Shown one piece after another: positions 1 to 10,739 of a stretch of 64,000 bases of DNA. Source of the DNA: Zygnema circumcarinatum SAG 698-1b (taxonomy: Eukaryota > Plantae > Zygnematophyceae); contig CM074812.1 of NCBI GenBank assembly GCA_037447605.1, positions 868,001-932,000 on the forward strand, written 5' to 3'. The first letter of the stretch is position 1. Each line of letters begins with the position of its first letter. The notes beneath the pieces are model-generated. The model was not told the origin of the DNA and made no database searches. It saw only the letters and a program-made list of their open reading frames with translations. A program made the position numbers and the translations under genes.

Positions 1-3000
1 AACCACCTACAAGATTCATGAGAAGATAGTTGCAAAGGACTGAGATTTTGAATGACAAATGGAAATTCATATCCAGTCTAGCATGCTCTTCCAGCATGCA
101 GCCATTTTTTCCATTCTTTACTAAATCGGCAAAGCACTTTCAAAATGCTATGCTCCGAGACTTACCCAAAGTACTTGGCCTTCCGGCTTGCCTTCGATCC
201 TCTGCGCTCTTCGGTCTTTCCTTATGCTGAGACGCATCCTCAGTTCCTGTCTCAACTGCACCCGTTGATGCAGGAGGAGCTGACATGCACAAACGCCAAT
301 CCGTACGAGATAAGAATACTACTATATTACTGACATACCAATAATTTTGTCCTCATGTGATTGTTAAGCGTGATTGAAGTCAAGAGCTGACGTCGATGCA
401 TCACATGGAGGTCTCGACGACTTTGTTGTGGCTGCCTAACAGCCAAAGAACTTACAAAGGGCTGTTATGGATGACACAAGAGGCAGTCTGCAGGCTAAAC
501 CAACAAGTCTGGAGGGACTTTCGAGAGCTACAAATGATTGCCTTTAATGAACATGAACATAACCGTAGACAATACCGTGTGGACGTAAATCCGGATTTTT
601 CTCGGAGCCAAGGCTAGGAAAGTCTCCTCCCGACAACTGGAATTTTGCAGCCTGGTGAGCTTCTTCAGCCTGCAGCCAATGTAAGAATCAAAATCAATAA
701 GTGGGTGAAAACCCGCGGTTGTCAAACCAATATCAAGCTATTTCCTTGAGCGACTTGCAAAGACCACTGCAAGGCTAGCCCACACCAAATGAGGGCTCCC
801 TTCAATGACTTCATCAACACAGATACACTCAGGATGCAAGAAATACTTCTTGATGTAACTTGCTGATGGTGAGTTTCCAGAGCAGAACCATAGGACTCAC
901 AAGCTTTTTTGCCCCAGTGCCGCTCCAAGCAGGAGTTAAAGCAGTAGCAGCTGAAGATGAGCCATCCCCAGGTTTCGAAAGTCCCATATATACTCCTGGT
1001 CCATGCCGAGCCTCTGCGCTATGGGGCCTTTGGGGTTGAGAGGGCTGCTCATAGCCGGCCTGCGACTGTACTGCTGATGCAGTAGCGGGTCTTGTCACCT
1101 GTCGCCAACTGCTACTAAGACCTCCCTGAATATCTCCACGATCTGCACCTGCCTCTGCAGATGAAGGGCGTGAACCACTTCCACCTGAATGGGGCCTCCC
1201 TTCTCCTATGCTGCTGCTTGCAGCTATTCCTGGCCATGGTCCACTCACAGAAGCTTCGCTCCCATGCTCCTGTTGCAAAGCATGGGCAGTGGTAGGGGTA
1301 GGGGCACCCCATGCATTTGGGGCAGAACTGCTGTTTGATGATCCCCAAGCACCTGTCGCAGAGGCAGACGTTGGGGGCGATTTCCCTGTTGCTGTTGAAG
1401 CTCCCCACGTAACAGTCCCCCTGTCCCAAACTCCACCTCCAGTCAGCACACTTCTTAAGCAAAAATACATTCGCCATACCATTCTTGAAAAGGAAGAGAT
1501 TGTAATCTATCGCTAATGTAGAAGAACCTATGCTGGTTTTCTCTCTAAATTAGAGTCGGCATTCATAATTACAATTGTACTCAAAGCCTCGAATAATATA
1601 CTCCAAAGTGTCATACTTTCATAATTTCCAAATTTAATTGAAGGAAAAATGTGGAATACAAGCCGCAGACCTCACAAACACAACTTGTTCAAGATAAGCT
1701 AACAGCATTCAAATGACAGCACTTCACATATCCACCGACTCAGCAGGTGTTAATAATGCAACATCTTTCAGTGAACTCACCGTGGTACAATCTCCACATT
1801 TGGATCCAAGCCCCGATTCTCCAACCTGCGTATACATGACAACCAATCACTGGTCATGAACAAATCTTTTTACTCACAAAGTCATTTATGGTCATTACTT
1901 ATGAGCAGTATTACTTATTTCCCTTTATCAGCACCATTCTTCATCACCTTCGACTAGAGGTAAACGTTCATCACATAACTAAGGCTAACGGGATAGGATT
2001 TGCCCCAAAACAATAAGGTAAGAGCACAACCAGAAAAGGTGAAAGTGTACAATTCACTACAGCACTAAAGCATGGTTTGTGACAGTGTGGATAGAATGCA
2101 AATACCAAACGCAAGATACTTAGATAAGGCATCTGTCTGAGTGCATTAATACCCATAACAGGGATTACAGCACTCGGATGCCATAGACCCCTACTCTACT
2201 TTGACAACCTGAAGTGATACTTGTACTTTCATTATGGATGCACGCATAACAAGAAAGAGAGGGGACCACAAGAGGCCCTAGCCACGGTTTCCTGCAAACG
2301 GTTTGCACCTCGTTCTATATATTTCTATGGAACGATGGTTCAATTTCACTTTTGCATCTTCGTGGAAATGGCACTATCCATACCGCTTGACAAGCTATTC
2401 GTGCGATACCACATGGCAAAACAGCTTCACTCCTAAACAGCTGAAATTAAGACTTCCTTATTGACTCCACCACTCGACAGATTTCATGAATTGGGAAAAA
2501 GTGCGAAGTGCACATCCAGACTAACTGAATGAAGTACTGCTTTGTACCGTTGGCTTGGTAGATTGATAGGCTTTGGTACTGCAGGTATCTTCCCCAGTAC
2601 AGTCATGCCCCGACGGGTAGACGTACTCCCCCTGGAAAACAGTTATTCACTTTGTCCGTTAGGCACTCCCTGAAATGCTCAAAATGATAGGCGCATGAGA
2701 GCTTGTACGGGAAAAGAAGCCACAAAAACACCTGGCTCAGAGGGATTAAAGAACTTAAGAAAAGATTCACTTTGGAGAAAGCGGGGCCATTGCGAGACGA
2801 GAGCACGCCGGTAATTGCGTGAGATAGGAAATAGAAAAGCTCCTTTGATGCATGGAATAAAGCCTCCGAGAAACGGACAGTCGCGTAACAGACTGCGAAT
2901 AGGTCCATATTCAACATAGACCTCCGGCTCCACCACGGGAGCAGGAAGGAAACCCATCGGAAACCTTCCTCCACTGACGAATTCAAGTGAGCGACAAAAT

Positions 3001-3200
3001 TTCTTTGTTTCCTGGTAACTTACAAGATTAATTGTGCGACTCTATTTAGGGTTAATACTCGTCACAACGTGACAATAAACGGCATCAACCGCCCGTTTAA
3101 ACTAATAAGGGTGCCTCCAGACGACACAGTTGTGTGACTGGTTCTTTACCAGCACAGTGTCCAAAGACAAATGTTCTTACCTACGGTCCAGGCCCAACAT
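1..3200 (-). CDS. MOS1: MODIFIER OF SNC1 1 (BAT2/PRRC2 N-terminal domain protein); 5' part, runs off the window start
   Basis: Frame-consistent GT-AG exons 3181-3200, 2548-2631, 1781-1825, 901-1420, 576-669, 166-246 give MLGLDRRGSTSTRRGMTVLGKIPAVPKPINLPSQRLENRGLDPNVEIVPRGTVTWG...FQLSGGDFPSLG. This matches the plant MOS1/BAT2_N motifs KPINLPS, GLDPNVEIVP and GDFPSLG. Confidence 0.9.
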
Positions 3201-3572
3201 GGTGAATGCTTGCGTTTCCAAATGAGTTGACCTGACATGCGACGGGAAAAATTGGCTCAGAAAGTAACCATTTATAATTCCTAAAGCTCAAGACTTGACA
3301 AGAGTCATGCAACGGCAGCAGGAATGCCAATATGATTGCCGGCAGACAAAGAATTAAACATGCAGGAGAAAAAGCATACTTCAAAAAGCACTCCGCCTCG
3401 TCGGGATGTCTTCAAAGCAAACACAGTCCAAGCAGCTCTCTGACTCAGCGTAGTCCTGCCAGGCCTGACAGCAGACGAAGAAGAAGCACGAGCAAAAGGA
3501 GGAAGCACGAAGCTTCCATCAATCTACGCCTTCAAGCAGTCCTGATGCCACTTCCAATATGAAAACCTTGCC

Positions 3573-3580
3573 AAACCCTA
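3573..3580 (+). promoter_or_regulatory. telo-box (AAACCCTA) in the MOS1 5' region
   Basis: Exact AAACCCTA. Telo-boxes are typical of plant translation and RNA-processing genes. Confidence 0.4.
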
Positions 3581-3724
3581 GCGGGCAACACATACCTTGC
3601 AAAGCAACTTGAAAAGAAAAGCGGCAGTACAAGGATGAACAGGAGACGACGCCGCCGTGCCCACTCCACGCCCCCGGCAAAGGGAGTGGACGCGGCTGCA
3701 GCACCAATACGCGCCTCCTCCTCT

Positions 3725-3820
3725 CCCTCCGCCCGCTATCCCTCTCCCTCTCCCTCTCCCTCTCCCTCTCCCTCTCCCTCTCCCTCTCCCCCTCCCTCTT
3801 CCTCCCCTCTCTCTCTCCCT
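3725..3820 (+). repeat. (CCTCTC)n / CT-rich microsatellite upstream of MOS1
   Basis: Directly visible. It explains the PSPS, PLPL and GRGR ORFs in the track. Confidence 0.9.
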
Positions 3821-4403
3821 CCCCCGCCTTACAGCAGCCCTACCGGCAGCCTGCTGCCAGCGGAGGGGCAACGGCTTGTGCCTGCTGACTACTGAACTGC
3901 ACTGGGCCTGTTTCACGGCTTGTTTTACGGGAAAATTGCAAACATGTGAACTCATAGAACAGGGCTTCTCGAACTTTGACATTTCATTTCGGGACATACG
4001 GATAACTCGAAACAAGTACTCGTACCGGTACTTGTGAATCCAGTTTGATTTAATTTAGAAGGACAAGATGTACTGATTTTGACTTCAAATTTTTGGGGGA
4101 ATGTCAAAGCCCGCCACGCGGTACCGTACGAACGCGAACGTGGCGAGACCCGTATGGTAAGGTACAGTAAGGAGATATTTTCATCGCTGACCAAGCTATG
4201 TGCGCAGTTAGCGTCGAATTGAAGATTTATAAGGATGTAGCAGTTCTGATTTGTCTAAACTACAGCTATTAACTGCAACTTTAACTTCTTAGTTGGGGCA
4301 AAGAACCCCAAACCCTCGTTCTGACGAGGTCATGGCTGCATGCAGTTTCCCTTCGGAAGGGAGGTGCAGGGGCTGCTGCTACCGCCTTCCAGGAGGGAAG
4401 GAT

Positions 4404-4411
4404 TAGGGTTT
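4404..4411 (-). promoter_or_regulatory. telo-box (TAGGGTTT on +) just upstream of the methyltransferase ATG
   Basis: TAGGGTTT lies 7 nt before GCCATGG at 4418. Confidence 0.45.
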
Positions 4412-4417
4412 GCGGCC

Positions 4418-5986
4418 ATGGCGGATCTGCAGGCTGCGGGCAGGGAGGCGAGCTCTTGCACCTCTCCCCAGAGAGGCGATGGCTATGTGGCGCGCCTCGA
4501 CCGCGTGCCGTGGGCTTTTGCAGGAACAATTGTACATTTTCGGAAGCTCAGTCGCAAAATATTCTTCTTCGACCTTCGCTTGCATCCCCCTCTTTGTGCT
4601 GCAGGTGAAGGAATGTCGGCGATGCTAATAGATTTTGAAGCAAGTTTATCTTCGATGGCAGTAGAGACGCCTTTGATAGCGTCCTCGTTGGGCATCGATT
4701 CAGTCGCCTTTGAAGGAGGAGGCAAGATTGAGGTTGTGTTGAAGCATCCCCTTTGCGCGGATGTTAAAAAATATTCATCGCGGCTTCATTTGGGAGACAA
4801 GGTGCTTGCTCGCGGGCAACACCTGGAAAAGGTTAATGACATGAAGCGCAATCATGTCGTCTTTCATGCATTTGAGGTCATTGTTCTTGTAAACATCAAG
4901 CAGACATCCTGCAGATTTCCAGCAGTAGAGAGGCCTCAGATGCATGAGAGTATAGCCAGTCGTCAAGAGCACTCTGCACTGTGTTCTTCCCCAAATTCAG
5001 AGCCTCAAACAGAGAATTGCATGGCAGACGGCAATTGCACTTCACAGGAGGAATGTGCTGGCTTGGATTTGATGAAGATAACTTCAAAAGTTGAATCGGC
5101 AGCAGGTGTAGATAGTGGCCAGAAAACTCATACTGTGGAAGTGGAAGGGTTGGCAGCTGGGTGCGAAGCTCAGCCTGTAGAAGAAGCGAGAGTCGCAGCA
5201 GTAACTTTATTCGAAGAAATTGATTGGCGGAAGGCATGCAAATACTGGATAAACACTCGAAGCTGCAGTAATGGTGCACTGTGTCCTTATGAACATCCTA
5301 CTGGCCGTATCTATGAACTGACTCGAAAGGCTTGGGTAGCGAACAGGATCGAAAGGCGGAGGGTTCAATTTGCTGAGAAGGAGGACCCCTTCGATCCGCA
5401 TGCCAAGGCACGGAAGGGTTTGCGTGCACTGGTTTTTGCAGAATGGTTAATGGGTACTTTTTCAGCAGCTCTTCTCTCGTCAGGAGAGGGTGTCCTAGAT
5501 ATTGCGGGTGGGAGGGGGTCTCTTTCCTTTGCATTGCATGTGATTCACAGTGTCACCACGACACTTGTTGACCCCCGACTTCGAAAACTTTCTAGATTTG
5601 AGCATCGATACCTTGCAAGTCATCCAGAAGCAAGTCTCCCATCTGTAGTTCAAGACGAATTTGATCTTGACAAGCCGCAGTGGAGGTCTATGGTGCGATC
5701 CAGTTCATGCCTTGTGGGTTTACATCCCGATGAGGCTACAGAACTGATAGTAAAGGCTGCCGTGGAATTCCGGAAACCATTTGCTGTCGTCCCTTGTTGC
5801 GTCTTCCCAGCTTTGTTTCCAGAGAGAAAAATAGTTCTCGGGGGGTCGCAACAGTCCGTTGAGTCCTATGAGCAGTTCGTGGTTTATTTGAAGGCGTTGG
5901 CAGAGGCTGGAGGTGCTCATGTGAACATTGGTTGGTTGAACATAGAGGGAAAGAATCAAGTGGTTTACTGTAAATCATACTATTGA
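4418..5986 (+). CDS. intronless protein: OB-fold + CCCH zinc finger + class I SAM-dependent methyltransferase-like domain (about 522 aa)
   Basis: The 548-codon ORF has a likely start at MADLQ (4418). OB-like GTIVHFRKLSRKIFFFDL...LHLGDKVLARG; C-x8-C-x5-C-x3-H at 5237-5296; SAM motif VLDIAGGRG, LVDPR, GLHPDEATE and PFAVVPCC. Confidence 0.85.
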   Translation: MADLQAAGREASSCTSPQRGDGYVARLDRVPWAFAGTIVHFRKLSRKIFFFDLRLHPPLCAAGEGMSAMLIDFEASLSSMAVETPLIASSLGIDSVAFEGGGKIEVVLKHPLCADVKKYSSRLHLGDKVLARGQHLEKVNDMKRNHVVFHAFEVIVLVNIKQTSCRFPAVERPQMHESIASRQEHSALCSSPNSEPQTENCMADGNCTSQEECAGLDLMKITSKVESAAGVDSGQKTHTVEVEGLAAGCEAQPVEEARVAAVTLFEEIDWRKACKYWINTRSCSNGALCPYEHPTGRIYELTRKAWVANRIERRRVQFAEKEDPFDPHAKARKGLRALVFAEWLMGTFSAALLSSGEGVLDIAGGRGSLSFALHVIHSVTTTLVDPRLRKLSRFEHRYLASHPEASLPSVVQDEFDLDKPQWRSMVRSSSCLVGLHPDEATELIVKAAVEFRKPFAVVPCCVFPALFPERKIVLGGSQQSVESYEQFVVYLKALAEAGGAHVNIGWLNIEGKNQVVYCKSYY

Positions 5987-6287
5987 TGCGGAAGCCGTTG
6001 TAGAGTGAGAGAGCCTGAGAACCTTCAAGAAAAACGAAGGTATTGATAGCTGATTAGGTTAAGTTACTTTAATGAAAAAAATATAAGAACAGAGAGTAGG
6101 CTCGACAACCCTATAAAGATATGCGAATTTATCGCTGTACGTCCAGCAACCTGTCGTTAATGTTCCAATGTCATTGATCTTGGCAGGTTGTAGAAAGCCC
6201 TTGCAAGTTGGAAGTATTCTGTTTCTGACAAACCCCTTGTATGAGGACTTCCTGTTTACCAAATGCCCAAATTTTATACCATATATC

Positions 6288-6430
6288 GGGGGGGTCAGAC
6301 TTGAATTCCTCTCTTGGAATCCGAATTTGCGTGCTACCGATTACGGTACTATACGACATGGTCCAGGATCAGAATCCGTAGCAAGCCAATTCGGATTCCA
6401 GAACTGCGAAGTTAGGTCTGAATCCCCCTA
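6288..6430. mobile_element. MITE-like element with imperfect GGGGGnnTCAGACyT terminal inverted repeats
   Basis: GGGGGGGTCAGACTT (6288-6302) versus AGGTCTGAATCCCCCTA (6414-6430). A perfect internal 13-bp inverted repeat, TGGAATCCGAATT / AATTCGGATTCCA, is also present. The termini resemble the element at 29906. Confidence 0.5.
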
Positions 6431-6527
6431 TAGTAAAAGTTTAGACTCTTGGCATAAAGATTCCATTGCCGGCCATTCGTGATTTCATAGGATGGGTTTC
6501 TATTGAGGGTCCTTTGGATGGCATCGA

Positions 6528-6581
6528 CCAATCTACGCTTACCAAGTGTGCATTCAGTCCGACGTGGCGAGCTATGATTGG
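6528..6581. promoter_or_regulatory. inverted pair of CCAAT-N9-CCACG-like elements
   Basis: CCAAT-N9-CCAAG on +; exact CCAAT-N9-CCACG on -. Confidence 0.5.
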
Positions 6582-6659
6582 ATTGTGTTACATTATGCCC
6601 TCAATGGAGGTCCACCATGTGCCATGGCACCCATGGCCTGGTTTGCCATTTTTTGCCAA

Positions 6660-7800
6660 TTCTATTGCAACATGCCAAGTATTAGTTGACTCTGTTCCAT
6701 GCGCAACCTCCAAATAATGACCGAAGGAAGGCTGCGAACAACGGAACGTTCAACAACAACATGCGCATGTGAAAGGTCGACGCGGCGCCGACCTACGCTG
6801 GCACGGAAACGTATTTCCAATGAGGGCAGCACGTGTGGCTCCCAAGACGCGCCACGTTGGATTTGCGGGCTCCGCTTTTTAACATGTAGCCAATCATCTT
6901 TCACCACGTGGATGATAAGTTGAACTCTTCTGCGTAGTGGCTCTCGATTGGAGGCGTGCCGGTATTGTTTTTTTCGAAAAACTCTGAACACGGTGTCCTA
7001 CCAAAAAAACGTACACGCGGCAGCCACGTCAGTGTCACGTCAGCGCCACGTAGTCAAAAAGGGCCGACGCCAAACCGCCTGATGGAGCACCACGCTGACG
7101 AGCCCCTAGCTTACGTGACTTACGATCGACGGTTCCAAATGCACGAAGGAGAACGATCGACGGCTGGAAGGACGCCAGCAGGAGCGTTCCAATGGTGACT
7201 ACCCTATACGACAAAGTCTCGATTTTCTCCAATCTCAGCCGTTGATATGAGGACGCCGAGAGATCTCCGCCGTCCGAAACTGGCGAGCCGGAACGAGACC
7301 AGAAAGCCGCGGCCCCAAGTCGGCGCGGAAGATCTGTCGGTCCGGCAGAAACGGCCGGCGCCGGTCGGCAACGCCAGCCTTATTGAAGGCGACGGCCGGC
7401 GAGGTCGGCACCGGTTGGCCGACTGTCACGTGGCAGCGTCCTGCCGCTGGCGGCCAAGGCTGGACCGGCGCGACCACCGACAAGGGCCCCGCGCGGTCCC
7501 GGGCGGCAGGAGGGGTTCGGGCAGGAGATAAACGTCTCTCATGGCAGGGAGGTAAACGTTTTGTGCGAGGCTTGGCCAATCGGGAGAAGGTGTAGGACCA
7601 ACTGGACCAATCCGAAGGATCTGGGTAGTGAAAAAACGTTTTTTAACCTCGTTCAAAAATATGTTGTTGATGACATGGCAGTTGGAGGTCGGCAGCAGAT
7701 TTGTCGGCAGACGGCGCGGAGGTGCCACGTGGCGCGCGGAAGCTGCCCGGCGAGCAGTCGACGGCAGTCAAAGGGCCGCAGCGAGATGTAATCGGTACTC
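6660..7800. mobile_element. GC-rich non-coding region, probably a transposon relic
   Basis: No credible ORF. Dense CACGT/GCCACGT motifs and an ATCAACGGCTGAGATT motif (minus strand) resemble plant DNA-transposon arms. Boundaries are not defined. Confidence 0.3.
6890..6951. promoter_or_regulatory. inverted pair of CCAAT-N9-CCACG-like elements
   Basis: Exact on + (6890-6908); CCAAT-N9-CTACG on -. Confidence 0.5.
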
Positions 7801-8195
7801 GGAACGGCTGGCACGACTTTCACAAAGGTACTGATTCGGTGTTGCGACAGAGCAGACATGGTGATAGACTGGACTGGTAGCGCTCGGAACAGCTGAGTGC
7901 GGGCGGAGCTGCTGCGGGCTTGGACAGGAGAGGGAGAGAGAGAGGGAGAGGGAGAGGGCGAGGGAGAGGGAGAGGGAGAGGGATAGGGAGAAAGAGGGAG
8001 GGAGAGGGAGAGGAAGGTAGGGAGGGAGGGAGAGGGAGAGAGAGGGAGGGAGGGATCGAGAGGGAGTGGGAGAGTGGAAAAGGGAGAGGTAGAGATTCGG
8101 AGAGGGAGAGAGAGGAAGGGAGGAAGGGAGAGAGGGAGGGAGGGAGGAATCGAGAGAGAGAGGGAGAAAACGCGAGAGGGATAGGATTGAAGGAG

Positions 8196-10325
8196 ATGGA
8201 GGGGCCAGAGAAGATACCTGGCGTGAAGGTGAGATTTCTAATTAATCACATATGCTTCTTATTTCTCCTTACTGCGATGGCTCTTCTCTGCAGCACATAA
8301 AAACTGCACATCGAAATTCCATTTCATACGAATATTTCATCTTTGTCCCCTCCAATTCCTAATCCCTCCCTCCCTCCCTCTCTCTTTCCCCTACCTTTCA
8401 TCCTCTCTCTCTCCCTCCCTCTCTCTCCCTCCCTCCGTCTCTCTCCCTCCCTCCCTCTCTCTACCTCCCTCCCTCCCTCCCTCCCTCCCTCCCTCCCTCC
8501 CTCCCTCCCTCCCCCCCTCAATAATTTGATTTTTCGCAACCCTATTTCGCATATACCCCCCCCTCTTACCGACCCCCCTTTCCCCTCCCCTGCAGGGAAA
8601 CCACGATGGAAGGAGAGCCCCTGTTCCGCGTTTCGGAGAGTGGGAGGAGAAGCCCCTCCAAGGCACCTACTCGGGCCAGTTTGAGCTCGCCATGGCGACC
8701 CGCCTCGGCGCAGAGGCAAAATCAACAAAGGAAGATCTGCGGAAACCTCGCCCTCCTCCCTCGTCCACTGCCTCGCAGGGAGGGTCAGGACAGGACTCCC
8801 TTACGAAGTCAGATGCAAAAACTGCATATAGAGCACAAAGAAAATCGACTTCGTCTACTACGAACCCTTTGAAGAATGGTTCCGCGGAAGCGTGGGAAGT
8901 GAAGAAACCTCCTTTTGTTTCTCCTGCAGCATGTGCACCTTCTGATCTTCCTCCCAAGGGGGGGACAAGTGGTTCTAAAGGAAGCAGTCCGGGGAGAACA
9001 ATGGATCGGAGACAAGGGGGAGAAGAGAGGAGGAGGCAGAGGGTGCGGGAGTACAGCGCGGAGGAAAGTGCGGGTGGTGAACATTCCAAGGGGGAAAACT
9101 TAAATGAGACCTCACATAAGAGAGATGGCGGAGAGAGGGAGAAGAGGGAGAAGCCTGCACTCATACATCCTCCTCTCACTCTTCAGGTTGAATCTCTGAA
9201 AAACTCTCCGAGGTCAGAAAGCGGAGAGTCGATTCGGAGTCCCGGAAGCAGAACCCCCAAATTTGGAGGCTGGCAAGAAGCTCAAGGTTTAGTTGCATCA
9301 GGGGAAAGCTTTACTCAGCAGTTTGAGGTGATGAAGGAGGAGAAGAGAAACTCTCCGTTACGTGTCGAAGCTGGTTCAGAAACTAATCGGAAGGCCGGTT
9401 ACAGTATGCCTGAGAGGAAAGTGAAGGAAAAGGAAGGAGAGGGTGCTTTAGCCTCTTGGAAAATGGAGGAGAAGACTGCTACAAGGAGATCATCTGAAGG
9501 GAGTGATGTTCATGTGCGTAGGGGAGGCTTAGTGGTGGGTCCCACTTTGGGAGGGCTTTCTGAAACTTTGGGAGGGAGGTGGTCACAAGGTTCGGTAGGA
9601 CATGGAGATAAAAGAGATGCTGTTACAAGGAGACTGTTGGATACGTCGGAGAGAGGGAGGAGGGAGGGAGAGAGTAATAGCTCCGGGAAAGTGTTGAGGA
9701 CACCAAAGTTTGGAAGCTGGGATGGAGCGTCTGGAGAGGGGCAGTACACAAAGGAGTTCGGGTACATAAAAGCAGAACGCATGGCTGGAAAGGAGGGGGG
9801 AGGAGGAGGTGGAGGTAAGGGAGGTTTAAGTTTGACCAAGGTGGTTCCACATGACGATAAGAATTCAGCATCCTCTCCTATCAACTCGGTAAGGATATGC
9901 TTGATTTTGTCTTCCCCATTTCAAAGCATGCGGATGGGTTGCGATGCGTGTTATCGTTTATGTGCTTTAGACGAAATTTGTGAGGGGCAAGTAATAGGTT
10001 TTTTGCTGGTGAATGAGCTTGACAGGGAATCATTGCACCTTTGCAATGGGCCGTTGTCCTTGGGTTGAATTGGCTTGATGATGGGTAGAGAGATTTGCAT
10101 TTGCAGAGATGTCCCGTTGGAAGTCGAGGTGTTTTTTCGACCATCCTGGGTTAAGCTGCCTTCTTGTCAAATGTATTTTTGTCAATCATGATGAGGAGGA
10201 GAGGGACAGACGCAGAAAGGGGAAGATTCTAAGTGCTAAGAATCCTTGCGTTTTGTGGGAACTTGCAGAAACCACCTCATACAGGACCACTGTTTTGCTG
10301 CCTGGCCGCCCTGACGATGGAGTAA
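8196..10325 (+). CDS. RIN4: RIN4-like / NOI (AvrRpt2-cleavage domain) protein with three NOI motifs and a C-terminal Cys pair (about 460 aa)
   Basis: join(8196-8228, 8596-9888, 10269-10325), all phase 0. Motifs are VPRFGEWEEKPLQGTYSGQFE, TPKFGGW...GESFTQQFEVMKEEK and TPKFGSWD...GQYTKEFGYIKAER; the protein ends GPLFCCLAALTME*. Confidence 0.8.
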
Positions 10326-10739
10326 CTATCCAAAGAAAAGGGACGAATAAATGAGCGCTTTGTCTTTGGATTACATTCGATCTAAAGATGAATGAGCGGC
10401 TTCATTCGTAGGGTGAACCAAGCCGATGTCGATGTCTGCAGTTCTCTTCTCGCGGAGTGCTCAGTTGCTTTGTGAGAAGCAGCGTGTCCAGGTGAATAGC
10501 GTCATGTCTGTGAGCTTGAACCTTAATAGGAACAGTGATTAGGAAATAAGTGGTCACTCAGGGCTCGTCTTTGGCAGCGCTCAAGGGGGAAATAGGTCGG
10601 AGGCTGTGAAGGGGACTGGGTGACCATTGGTAGGATCGGGGAGACATACTTCTTGCATGTCTCATTTTTCGTTTTTTTTTTTTTTTTTTTTTCTCTTTTG
10701 TGGGATCTTTTGTAAAGGGTTTTGCTCACTAAGTACATG

